NCBI GenBank assembly: GCA_019057475.1
Contig: DXJO01000004.1
Location: forward strand, 32,001 to 96,000
Source of the DNA: Candidatus Thorarchaeota archaeon
GTDB lineage: Archaea > Asgardarchaeota > Thorarchaeia > Thorarchaeales > Thorarchaeaceae
Reading direction: 5' to 3'
Length of the DNA: 64,000 nucleotides
In this document: piece after piece, positions 1 through 8,295 of the stretch
Layout of the letters: every line of letters starts with the position of its first letter
Position numbering within the stretch: the first letter of the stretch is position 1
Notes under the pieces: generated by a model
Seen by the model: only the letters and a program-made list of their open reading frames with translations
What the model was told of the DNA's origin: nothing
Database searches by the model: none
Made by a program: the position numbers and the translations under genes

Positions 1-21
1 GAGAGTGGTGAGTTCAGTGGC

Positions 22-330
22 GTGGCTGTCATCGTTACAACCCCTGATGAACTGAATAGAGAGTGGGCTTCGAACGAGATTGCAGTATTGAAGCAAGACC
101 TTGAGTTGCACTTTGTATCAAATCCTGGCGACCTTGATGTTCTGTTCACGAATGTCGCAGCTGTTCTTGCGGAGTTTGGAGAACCAATAGGTGAGTTCGC
201 CGCGGTTGCATATTCTCGGGAAGCCATAGGTGTCGTAAAGGTGGATGACGCTACAAACGTCCTTGAGGCGGATATGCACATCAGGGTAGTGGCGATGGAG
301 AATCTTGGTGAAGTGTTTTTCATCGACTAA
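22..330 (+). CDS. hypothetical protein
   Basis: 102-aa ORF with protein-like composition and a GGTGA RBS-like motif upstream; no family recognised. Confidence 0.6.
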   Translation: MAVIVTTPDELNREWASNEIAVLKQDLELHFVSNPGDLDVLFTNVAAVLAEFGEPIGEFAAVAYSREAIGVVKVDDATNVLEADMHIRVVAMENLGEVFFID

Positions 331-560
331 TCCACATTTAATATCGTGATGGATTCCTTAAGATTGGTGGCGGATGCCGTTTCTCTTATTCTAGGTTTCG
401 ATGGTGTTCAATAGCCTCTTTGTTTCCGTGCTTGCTTCCAGCGATATGCATAAGTGCACAGGAGGAACGACCAGATAAGCGTCCAGAGATATTGCTTGAC
501 ACACTTCGCTGATTGTCTGTGGACACTGTCAACAATGTGAACAGGAGAACATGCTCTATC

Positions 561-1889
561 ATGAAAGTCAGATTCAAGGTGGACGATCAATGGCTCGAAG
601 TCGAGAGGAAGAGCATGAAGAAGATGAAACGTGACTACGAGTCTTGGGCTGAAAGCACTTTGAAGAAGGCCAAGGATGCTCAAGATCTCAGAGCTCTGCG
701 CGAAGTGTTCTACCAACTCGGAGATAGATGGGAGTGGGACCAAGCAACCGGGGCTTGGTTATCAAGTGGTGACCCTCTAGATGCGGTTGCATTCATCCTT
801 CGATTGCCTGGCCTCCAGCCCAACAAGGAACGCTACATTGTCTATGCGGTGATGGCCTACAGCAAGGGTTTCACGGACCAATTTGACCATCTTGGAGACA
901 AGGAACGAATAATCATAGAGCGCGACTTGGATACCAACACAATGCTGAGCTGGTCAACGACTGGACACGGTGCTATGGACCTGGTGCCCACTGACCTAAG
1001 CAGCTATGAGGGGCTTGAAGATGCGCTTCAGTCCAATTTTCTTGTTGCACAACCGGGCGACCATGCTCTAAGGATTGAAGTACCTCCATCCGGTAGCCTA
1101 GTGAGTACGCTTCTTCAGAGCCTGTGGGCGGTAGCTGGAGGCAATAAATCCTACACAGTCAAGGGAATTGAGATTCTCAGTGCCTCTGACATTGAGGACT
1201 CACTTGACTTCAAGTTTTACAGATATGCTAAGGCGGTCATTGATTTGGAGCGTCTTTGGAGCGAGCTAAAGGGAGGAGCAGTATCAAAGGCTCTAGAGGT
1301 GGTAGTAGATCAGATCCCAGCGCACATTGAGGATAGGAACAGGGAAACTTTGAGAAGAATCGAGGGTCTACTTCACATCCTTTGGTTTAAACCACCAAAA
1401 GCGCAGATTGATGTCATCCGACGAGTGTACGATAAACTGCGAACGGAACCCACTCCAACTGAGGTTCAGAGCAAGCTTCTTCCGTCTCTTGGGGAGCTTG
1501 CATACAGCTTGAACGATGTCATAGAGAAAGCCCAGTACCTGAAGTGGAAGAGCGTCATTGACCAAAAACGCTTCAGTGAGAGCGATGTCTTCCAAGGGCT
1601 CTCTCTCTCACGGATGGCCAAGGAAGCATTCGCTGTGGCTCTCGATGATATTCTTCGAGAACACACCCTCTCATACATTGGCTACCCTGAGCGGGGAACG
1701 GTGATGGACAAGGCTCTTCGAATCGTGTTTGGCATTATCGTGCTACCTACACGACTTAGTTCCGCTTTCATGGGGAGTATAATGAACACACTAGCAAGGT
1801 TAACCAGGCGTTTCAGAAGCCAAGAAACCAGCTCGGAATTGGATTCGGTATCCGAAGAAACTGCGGACGAACATTCTCCACAGCTATGA
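561..1889 (+). CDS. hypothetical protein (C-terminal hydrophobic helix)
   Basis: Long ORF 513..1889; ATG at 561 follows AGGAG and is the preferred start; no family recognised. Confidence 0.75.
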   Translation: MKVRFKVDDQWLEVERKSMKKMKRDYESWAESTLKKAKDAQDLRALREVFYQLGDRWEWDQATGAWLSSGDPLDAVAFILRLPGLQPNKERYIVYAVMAYSKGFTDQFDHLGDKERIIIERDLDTNTMLSWSTTGHGAMDLVPTDLSSYEGLEDALQSNFLVAQPGDHALRIEVPPSGSLVSTLLQSLWAVAGGNKSYTVKGIEILSASDIEDSLDFKFYRYAKAVIDLERLWSELKGGAVSKALEVVVDQIPAHIEDRNRETLRRIEGLLHILWFKPPKAQIDVIRRVYDKLRTEPTPTEVQSKLLPSLGELAYSLNDVIEKAQYLKWKSVIDQKRFSESDVFQGLSLSRMAKEAFAVALDDILREHTLSYIGYPERGTVMDKALRIVFGIIVLPTRLSSAFMGSIMNTLARLTRRFRSQETSSELDSVSEETADEHSPQL

Positions 1890-2630
1890 GCTGACTTGCG
1901 AGCCCTTGAACGTATGGAGCAGCTCCAACAAGGATTCAATCACAATTGTATCCTTTGGTGCCTTTTCAGCTTCCTTGGGGTCAGCCCATGTCACAAGTAT
2001 CGGGACCATCTCAGCTCTGGTCGCGGCACCGACGTCCGCATCCACCAAATTTCCAACGTAAGCACACAGTTTTGGGTTCACACCGATATCATCTGCAGCC
2101 ATGATTAGGCTGTAAGGATTTGGCTTCGCGTATCCTCGTACCCCCGTCCATCTCACTGTGGAGAAAAGATCGTACAATCCTGCTTTCTTGAGGAACGCAA
2201 TCGGACTAACGTGGCGTCTTGTGACGAGCCCAAGCATATAGCCGCGGGCGTGAAGCTCCTTCAGAACCGTTATGGCGTCATCCGTGAAGGTTTCATAATC
2301 GCCTTCCGTTATCTCCTTTTTCCACGCTCGCTCAATTTGCAGAATTGTGGAATCGCTTAGATCCAGGATGCCAAGTGATTCGAACACTCTTCTATCAAAA
2401 CTAATCCATTGCTCTGGTTTAGCTCCCCAAAGTGGACCAACATTGTGTTCCAGCTGAAACTGGTCCATCTGAGCATCCATTCTCGTTATGGCCATATCGA
2501 AGTTCTCGTGAGAGAATTTACTAGTATCGATCCCATGATTCTCGGATACTCTCTTGAACATTGAAAATGGAGGTTCTCGTGTCCTTGCGAGGGTGTGATG
2601 CAGGTCAAACAGGATAGCCCTAATATTCAA
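1884..2630 (-). CDS. HAD-superfamily hydrolase
   Basis: Motif I ILFDLHHTL, motif II GLVT, KPNP and YVGNLVDADV. Confidence 0.85.
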   Translation of the reverse strand: MNIRAILFDLHHTLARTREPPFSMFKRVSENHGIDTSKFSHENFDMAITRMDAQMDQFQLEHNVGPLWGAKPEQWISFDRRVFESLGILDLSDSTILQIERAWKKEITEGDYETFTDDAITVLKELHARGYMLGLVTRRHVSPIAFLKKAGLYDLFSTVRWTGVRGYAKPNPYSLIMAADDIGVNPKLCAYVGNLVDADVGAATRAEMVPILVTWADPKEAEKAPKDTIVIESLLELLHTFKGSQVSS

Positions 2631-2945
2631 GCGAGAATACTTCCTTAGTCCATTGAAACCCTGATGGTCGTTTTTATGTTAATGGTTTTTGCTACGGCCG
2701 CCCTCGGACCTGAAGCAGTGAGGGCCTAACGCTCTAAGCAGCAGCTGATAGCACAAAGAGGCCTTCAAATCCTTTCGAAGTGCTTAATCATCCGTCTTCT
2801 TGAGCACATAGGATTTCTGTTGGCGACTCCTTAGATACATCAAAGGCGCGAAATCTGTGAAACCCGATACTATCCGTCCTGCTATTGTTCAGGACTTTAA
2901 ATTGCATTGCGCTCGAGCTGAATTGATACAAGACGGTGTTTCACA

Positions 2946-4529
2946 ATGCAGATTATCACGGACGTATCCTTCATCCTGGAACTTCTTGCGATAGCGGTTT
3001 CTATTGTACTCGCATCCTATCTTATCCTGACCTGGTACCGGCAGGCGAACAGGTTGCTAACAGATCTTCCTCTGATGTTTGGGATTATCTTCATAGGGCA
3101 TGCCATAAACCAGATCCTGCTCAAGCTCCCACTGCTTGGGATACTGGAGGAATCATTGGAATTATTCCGAGTCAGGTCTTTTGTGGTTGGCTGCATTGCT
3201 TTGCCGCTTGTCGGTGTGCTTCTACATATCTGGTTGCCCCAACTCAGGAGGCATCACCTTCGAATCATGGGAGTAGTCACGCTCTACTGGATAATTGTGG
3301 CTCTGTTTGGTCCCACAATGGAAATTATTATACTCATGCATCTCCCCATCGTAATCACATTCATGCTTGGGATGGTTATAACATTCGCAGTGACTTGGAA
3401 AACAGGCAGGCTCAAGGAAGTGCGGAGTGACCTCATGGTGTTCTCCACGATTATGGGGCTCATCAGTCAGGTTGGAATGGTGCCGCTAATGAATGCGGGG
3501 CTCGGATTCGTGCCTGGCATCTTCATGGCGATAGGGACTCTATTTGCCACACTGGCTCTAGCAAACCCATGGTACCATTCGGAAAAGCAGGCTATTCAGA
3601 GTGGAGCCAGCGAGGCAATTGCGCCCGTGGCCACTGAGAGCGAAGTCAAGAAAGCCTCGTTCTGGTCGAGAGTGGGCCTAATCCCACTAGGGATACTACT
3701 GCTGACAATCGGCGTTATCTGGCGGAATGTGGATGTCTTTATCCTTGGTCTCAGCGAATCCTGGCTTAACATATTGCCATGCAAGCTCTTTCCCTTGCTG
3801 TTAATCGTCGGGGTCTTTTGGAAGTACCGACGAAGCGAGGTTGGATCAGTACTGGGCTTGCGCAGAAGCCGCATGAGAAGTCACTTGGTCATAGGAGTTT
3901 CAATGGGCGTGCTCTTCTACTTTCTTGGCAATGTCCTACCCACTATGATCTACTGGGCCTTCTTTGACTCTTCTTTTGATATCCAACTCGTAATCGTCAA
4001 TATGGACCTGTTGTGGTACAGCGCGTTTTTCTTCCTTGTGAACGCGATCTATGAAGAAGTGCTCTTCAGGGGTCTCCTGCAGAATGGTTTTAGGAGTCGA
4101 TTAACGCCCAATAAGGCCATCCTGCTGTCCGCTTCTATCTTCGGCGTTTATCACCTGATTTGGCCCATCTACCACGCCGCATCAGGCATTCTATCAATGT
4201 CACATATCTTCGTGTACGTGGTCTTCTCTGCTTTTCTTGCTGTAGTATTCGGAGTTTACTATGAAAAGTTCAGTGGCCGACGTACGCTTGCTGGTCCCAT
4301 TGCAGCGCACTGGCTCATCAATCTCCTGAATGAGAATTTCAAAATGTCATTTGATCAGGTGATAGAAGGTCCTGATGTCCTCCTTGTTGGTTCCACACAG
4401 ATGATCATTGCATTAACCTTGGTCGCGCTTGCATTCACAACTCTGATGCTTGTTTCGTGGAATCTACGTGTAGAGCAGGTTGAATCGTGGGCGGCCCGTC
4501 ACTTGGGACGACTGCCCCAACTTACCTAG
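2946..4529 (+). CDS. multi-TM N-terminal domain fused to CPBP/Abi (CAAX type II) intramembrane glutamic protease
   Basis: CPBP motifs EEVLFRG, FGVYH and HWLIN in the C-terminal half; separate ~210-aa hydrophobic N-terminal domain. Confidence 0.85.
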   Translation: MQIITDVSFILELLAIAVSIVLASYLILTWYRQANRLLTDLPLMFGIIFIGHAINQILLKLPLLGILEESLELFRVRSFVVGCIALPLVGVLLHIWLPQLRRHHLRIMGVVTLYWIIVALFGPTMEIIILMHLPIVITFMLGMVITFAVTWKTGRLKEVRSDLMVFSTIMGLISQVGMVPLMNAGLGFVPGIFMAIGTLFATLALANPWYHSEKQAIQSGASEAIAPVATESEVKKASFWSRVGLIPLGILLLTIGVIWRNVDVFILGLSESWLNILPCKLFPLLLIVGVFWKYRRSEVGSVLGLRRSRMRSHLVIGVSMGVLFYFLGNVLPTMIYWAFFDSSFDIQLVIVNMDLLWYSAFFFLVNAIYEEVLFRGLLQNGFRSRLTPNKAILLSASIFGVYHLIWPIYHAASGILSMSHIFVYVVFSAFLAVVFGVYYEKFSGRRTLAGPIAAHWLINLLNENFKMSFDQVIEGPDVLLVGSTQMIIALTLVALAFTTLMLVSWNLRVEQVESWAARHLGRLPQLT

Positions 4530-5059
4530 TGGGGGGGCCGCCACAAGGAGCCAGCATCCTCAGACCTGCCTGTCTTGTCATAGATCAACGCAAGATGAAC
4601 AAGCGCATCTGGATTGAGGGCTTCCAACGCCAGTGACATAACAAGAGCCTCCTCGCCTTTCTTCCTCATCGAGGCTGTCCAGCCGTGTGATACCGGAGGG
4701 TATAGATCGTCGGATAGTTGCTCTACCCGTGCTGAGTAAGGCCTCTTCGTCACCTCAATAGGTTTCAACATGATTCTTGCCGCTTTCTTGAGGGGGATAT
4801 GTTTCGAAAATCCAGTTTCGTCTACAACGATTTCATTATAGACTTCGTAAGAGTAGTCCTTAGTTTCGCCTGAGAACAATTCACCTGATTCCAAAGTGAT
4901 GTGGGGACCTATTTCATTCCAAGTTAGTTGACCTAAGACGCAGTCACCTGCAGGCGTGAACACCTTGACGGCGATTCCACCGCGCTTTGGTGACATAAAA
5001 TCAATTCCTTCTCGGGATTGATTCAACAAGGTAATAGCCTTGTCCATTGGTGGCTGCAA
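4526..5059 (-). CDS. hypothetical protein with C-terminal TPR-like repeat (possibly truncated)
   Basis: ALEALNPDALVHLALIYDKTGRSEDA resembles one TPR. Confidence 0.45.
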   Translation of the reverse strand: MQPPMDKAITLLNQSREGIDFMSPKRGGIAVKVFTPAGDCVLGQLTWNEIGPHITLESGELFSGETKDYSYEVYNEIVVDETGFSKHIPLKKAARIMLKPIEVTKRPYSARVEQLSDDLYPPVSHGWTASMRKKGEEALVMSLALEALNPDALVHLALIYDKTGRSEDAGSLWRPPH

Positions 5060-5136
5060 TTGGACTTACGGCATCATAATCTGTTGCCCGTCCGTGTAAC
5101 TGCTTTCCCATGGATCAACTCGATAGTAAAAGTGCC

Positions 5137-5210
5137 AAGAAAGAGAAAAAAAGATGATGCAGAGCATGGAAACCTTTGCGATATGTACCGCTTGAGTGTT
5201 CTATGCTCTG
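5137..5210 (-). terminator. hairpin plus U-rich tract
   Basis: Arms 5160-5171 and 5199-5210, followed on the minus strand by TTTTTTTCTCTTTCTT. Confidence 0.5.
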
Positions 5211-5219
5211 AAGTGTTGC

Positions 5220-5315
5220 TTATGCACTCCATGGCTCGGGTCGTGGCCGTGAAGGCTCTGTCATCTCATACAGTCTGGTCATGTTAATCATGGTCAAGTA
5301 GTCGCGAACACTCAA
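5220..5315 (-). CDS. putative 31-aa small protein MSVRDYLTMINMTRLYEMTEPSRPRPEPWSA
   Basis: Hand-translated; GGGGTGA RBS 3 nt before TTG, TATTTAAG box about 95 nt upstream, hairpin and U-tract downstream. Confidence 0.5.
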   Translation of the reverse strand: MSVRDYLTMINMTRLYEMTEPSRPRPEPWSA

Positions 5316-5640
5316 TTATCACCCCGACGGCTGGTGTGACAAGTTCGGATCAATTCCGAGCTATCACCGTGCCCTGCTCACATTTCTCAAGCTCTGTTTT
5401 TTATGAGCTTAAATACAATCTCGAACAAACAGTTATTGGCATCTGCCGCCTTTGCAGAGTGAATAACACACAGTCTAAAATCTGGGCTAGGAACTCTGAA
5501 ATCGTTGAGTGGAGAGTCATCAGAACAGCGGGCTAATTTCTCAACACAACCCTTCACACCCCCCAATTTCCCTCCCATAGATACCTGCTGACTCTGCTCT
5601 CCGCTCACACCCCAATCTGGTTTTGATCAGCGAACCGCGG

Positions 5641-5677
5641 GAAAAAAGGAATGTCACTTGGCCTAGCGGACCAAGTG
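5641..5677 (-). terminator. hairpin plus U-tract after rubrerythrin
   Basis: CACTTGG/CCAAGTG inverted repeat followed by TTTTTT on the minus strand. Confidence 0.55.
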
Positions 5678-5691
5678 TTGAATTGTTCGAT

Positions 5692-6276
5692 CTAGAAGAC
5701 TGCTTGGTGGACCATGAAGTAGCTCCTGGCATGGTCGCAAGCTGGGCATTTCTCGGGCGGGGACTCACTTTCGTGAATGTAGCCGCAGTTCTGACATCGC
5801 CACTTGATCTTCTTCTCTCGCTTGAAAACACGGTCCTTGGCAATGTTGTCAGCAAGCTCGATGAACCGGGCGTGATGCCAGGTTTCTGCCATGGCAATCA
5901 TTCTGAAGACGACTGCTATCTTTGAGAAACCCTCCTTCTCCGCGACTTCGGCGAAGCCAGGGTACATTTCTGTGAATTCGTATTTCTCGCCGGCTGCGGC
6001 TGCCCTTAGATTCTCCTCGGTGCCACCAAGAGGACCAGTCGGAAATCCAGCTTCGATTTTGAGCTCAGGAGTGGCTCCACCTTCCTTCAGTAGCTTGAAG
6101 AGCCGCTCTGCATGTTCCTTTTCGTGACCTGCAGTCTCCTTGAAGACTTCGCTGATCTGAACATACCCCTCCTTCTTGGCAATGCTGGCATCGAATGTGT
6201 AGCGATTCCTTGCTTGGGACTCGCCAGCGAAAGCAGTGAGGAGGCTAATCTCTGTTTTTGTACCTTCCAATTTCAT
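5692..6276 (-). CDS. rbr: rubrerythrin
   Basis: AFAGESQARNRY, ExxH di-iron motifs, C-terminal WRCQNCGYIH...CPAC rubredoxin-like domain. Confidence 0.97.
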   Translation of the reverse strand: MKLEGTKTEISLLTAFAGESQARNRYTFDASIAKKEGYVQISEVFKETAGHEKEHAERLFKLLKEGGATPELKIEAGFPTGPLGGTEENLRAAAAGEKYEFTEMYPGFAEVAEKEGFSKIAVVFRMIAMAETWHHARFIELADNIAKDRVFKREKKIKWRCQNCGYIHESESPPEKCPACDHARSYFMVHQAVF

Positions 6277-6404
6277 TGTTCTACCTCCATTCTCTCATAG
6301 GACGGCGAACGCATACATCACTCACCGCCTCGGAGTCAAGATACGGCGATTCGAGGCTGGTCTCTAATAAGGGATTGCTTAGGCCAGTCTAACTTGATGG
6401 ACGG

Positions 6405-7604
6405 TCACTTGAGTCTATCAGCAATTACCTGAGCGAGCTTCTTGCAATCCTCGATCTCTTGTTCGTTGGCCCTACCTCGCACGCGCACAACTGGCTCAAG
6501 TACCTCGCATTTCATGGCCTCAATCATCTTGCGCAGTTTGAAGACGCCACCACCGCCCCAACCAAAAGTACCGAAGAGAGCGATTGGTCGCTTCATGAAG
6601 CGTTTGCCTTGCATCTCGTTGACGAAGCTCCAGACCTTAGGAAATGGATACGCATCGTACGTGGGTGTTCCAATCACAAGGATGCCCGCACGCATGGTGT
6701 CTGTGATGACCTTGCTCAACTCGCTATATGACAGGTTGTGCAGTTTCACCTCAACGCCTAGGTTCATGAGTTCCTTCTTCAGATTGACCGCGAGTCGGTG
6801 AGTCATGCCGTACATAGTACCATAGACGATAACGGCGTTCTTCTCCAGCTCGGGGCTGCTCCATTCAAGGTACTTCTTGACAATCCACATTGGGTCCTTG
6901 CGGTATATCGGTCCATGGCTTGGAGCAATCATCTTTATTCCGATGCCGAGGTCTTGCACTTTTGCTATGCCCCTCTGCACGAATTTCAGATAGCTCGTGA
7001 TAATCGCTGAAACGTAGCGTCGACTTTCGGATTCAACCATCCGCATGTCAATCTCGTCATCGAAGATTTTTCCGTTCAATGCACCGAATGAACCAAATGC
7101 ATCACAAGAGAATACAATCTCATCCTCAACCAGGTATGTCAACATAGTCTCTGGCCAGTGTAGGAATTGGGCATGCACGAATTTGAGAGTCTTCTCGCCG
7201 AGTGATAGTTCCTCAAGGTCCTCTACTATCTTCTCCTTAAGCGGAACATCATAGAATGATTTCTGCATTGGTGCAGCCTTGGCAGTGTAGACCATAGTTG
7301 CGTTCTTGGCAATCTTGGCTAGGTCTGGAAGAGCACTCGTGTGGTCCGGCTCCATGTGATTCATAACAATGTAGTCGATCTTGGCTGGGTCCACTATTTC
7401 TCTGATGTTGTCGAGCAACTCGTCTACCCACGGATCCTTCACGCCTTCTATGAGGGCTATCTTCTCGTCGACAATTAGATAGCTGTTGTACGAAACACCG
7501 AACGGTAGTTCCCACAGACCCTCGAACAGTTCTGTATGGTGATCGTCGACTCCAACGTAGTATACTCCCTTGGCGATTTCTTTGTGCATTGTTTTGGGCT
7601 CCAA
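6405..7604 (-). CDS. fprA: flavodiiron protein (A-type flavoprotein)
   Basis: GVSYNSYL, HMEPDH, HWPE, SCDAFG, PSHG and a flavodoxin domain (YGTMYGMT, FGTFGWGGG). Confidence 0.95.
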   Translation of the reverse strand: MEPKTMHKEIAKGVYYVGVDDHHTELFEGLWELPFGVSYNSYLIVDEKIALIEGVKDPWVDELLDNIREIVDPAKIDYIVMNHMEPDHTSALPDLAKIAKNATMVYTAKAAPMQKSFYDVPLKEKIVEDLEELSLGEKTLKFVHAQFLHWPETMLTYLVEDEIVFSCDAFGSFGALNGKIFDDEIDMRMVESESRRYVSAIITSYLKFVQRGIAKVQDLGIGIKMIAPSHGPIYRKDPMWIVKKYLEWSSPELEKNAVIVYGTMYGMTHRLAVNLKKELMNLGVEVKLHNLSYSELSKVITDTMRAGILVIGTPTYDAYPFPKVWSFVNEMQGKRFMKRPIALFGTFGWGGGGVFKLRKMIEAMKCEVLEPVVRVRGRANEQEIEDCKKLAQVIADRLK

Positions 7605-7831
7605 TTCAATATAGTTATTTTTTGAACGCTCTTCAAACGAGCGCCTTGGTTAAAAGGTCTGCTATCGGTCTCAAGTAGAATGCTTCCAACATTGGATGGC
7701 ACACCGCATTGTTATACATGCATTGGCCGGATGCGTCATTGTCTTGGAACACGTGTTCCAACAATTGCGCCGTGAAAACACGTACGCGCAAATGGATCGA
7801 TCAGTTCGATTCTATTCTCTTTCAGCATAGG

Positions 7832-8284
7832 TCAAGCTTCAGGCTCGGACTCCGACTGTTCTTCTTGGACGGGAGCCGCCTCACTGCTTGTTTCGGGAGG
7901 TATCAGCTCATCTACCAGTTCAACTACTGACCTTCCAAGCAAGCCGCCGAAGCCACCAAGAAGTGCACCAAGAATGACGCTGATCACGATGACGAGCCAA
8001 CCCAGTCCCGAAAGCCCCAGCAGACCAATGAAGAACTCCGCTATCGCCATTGTCTGCGCCGTCAACGATAGGTATACGAAGATAGCAGACCACGCGATTG
8101 CCACGCCGATGAAACCAGCGAAGAATGCTGTCCGATGTCTTCTTGCAAGCAATGCGCCCAGTGCACCGGCAATGAGCATTGTCACCCATGCTCCGCTCAA
8201 CTGCAGTGCGATGGCAATCACTGTTACAACGAGAATCAGTTTCAGGAAGTTGAAATGTGGGAACATATCATCGAGCTTTTTCAT
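7832..8284 (-). CDS. small multi-pass membrane protein
   Basis: Four hydrophobic Gly-rich segments; 11 nt downstream of the acylase gene. Confidence 0.75.
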   Translation of the reverse strand: MKKLDDMFPHFNFLKLILVVTVIAIALQLSGAWVTMLIAGALGALLARRHRTAFFAGFIGVAIAWSAIFVYLSLTAQTMAIAEFFIGLLGLSGLGWLVIVISVILGALLGGFGGLLGRSVVELVDELIPPETSSEAAPVQEEQSESEPEA

Positions 8285-8295
8285 GCAATCTCCTC

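Noticed and set aside
6325-6358. Hairpin upstream of rubrerythrin as an iron-responsive element
   Set aside because: Imperfect stem with no recognisable loop motif; cannot be distinguished from chance
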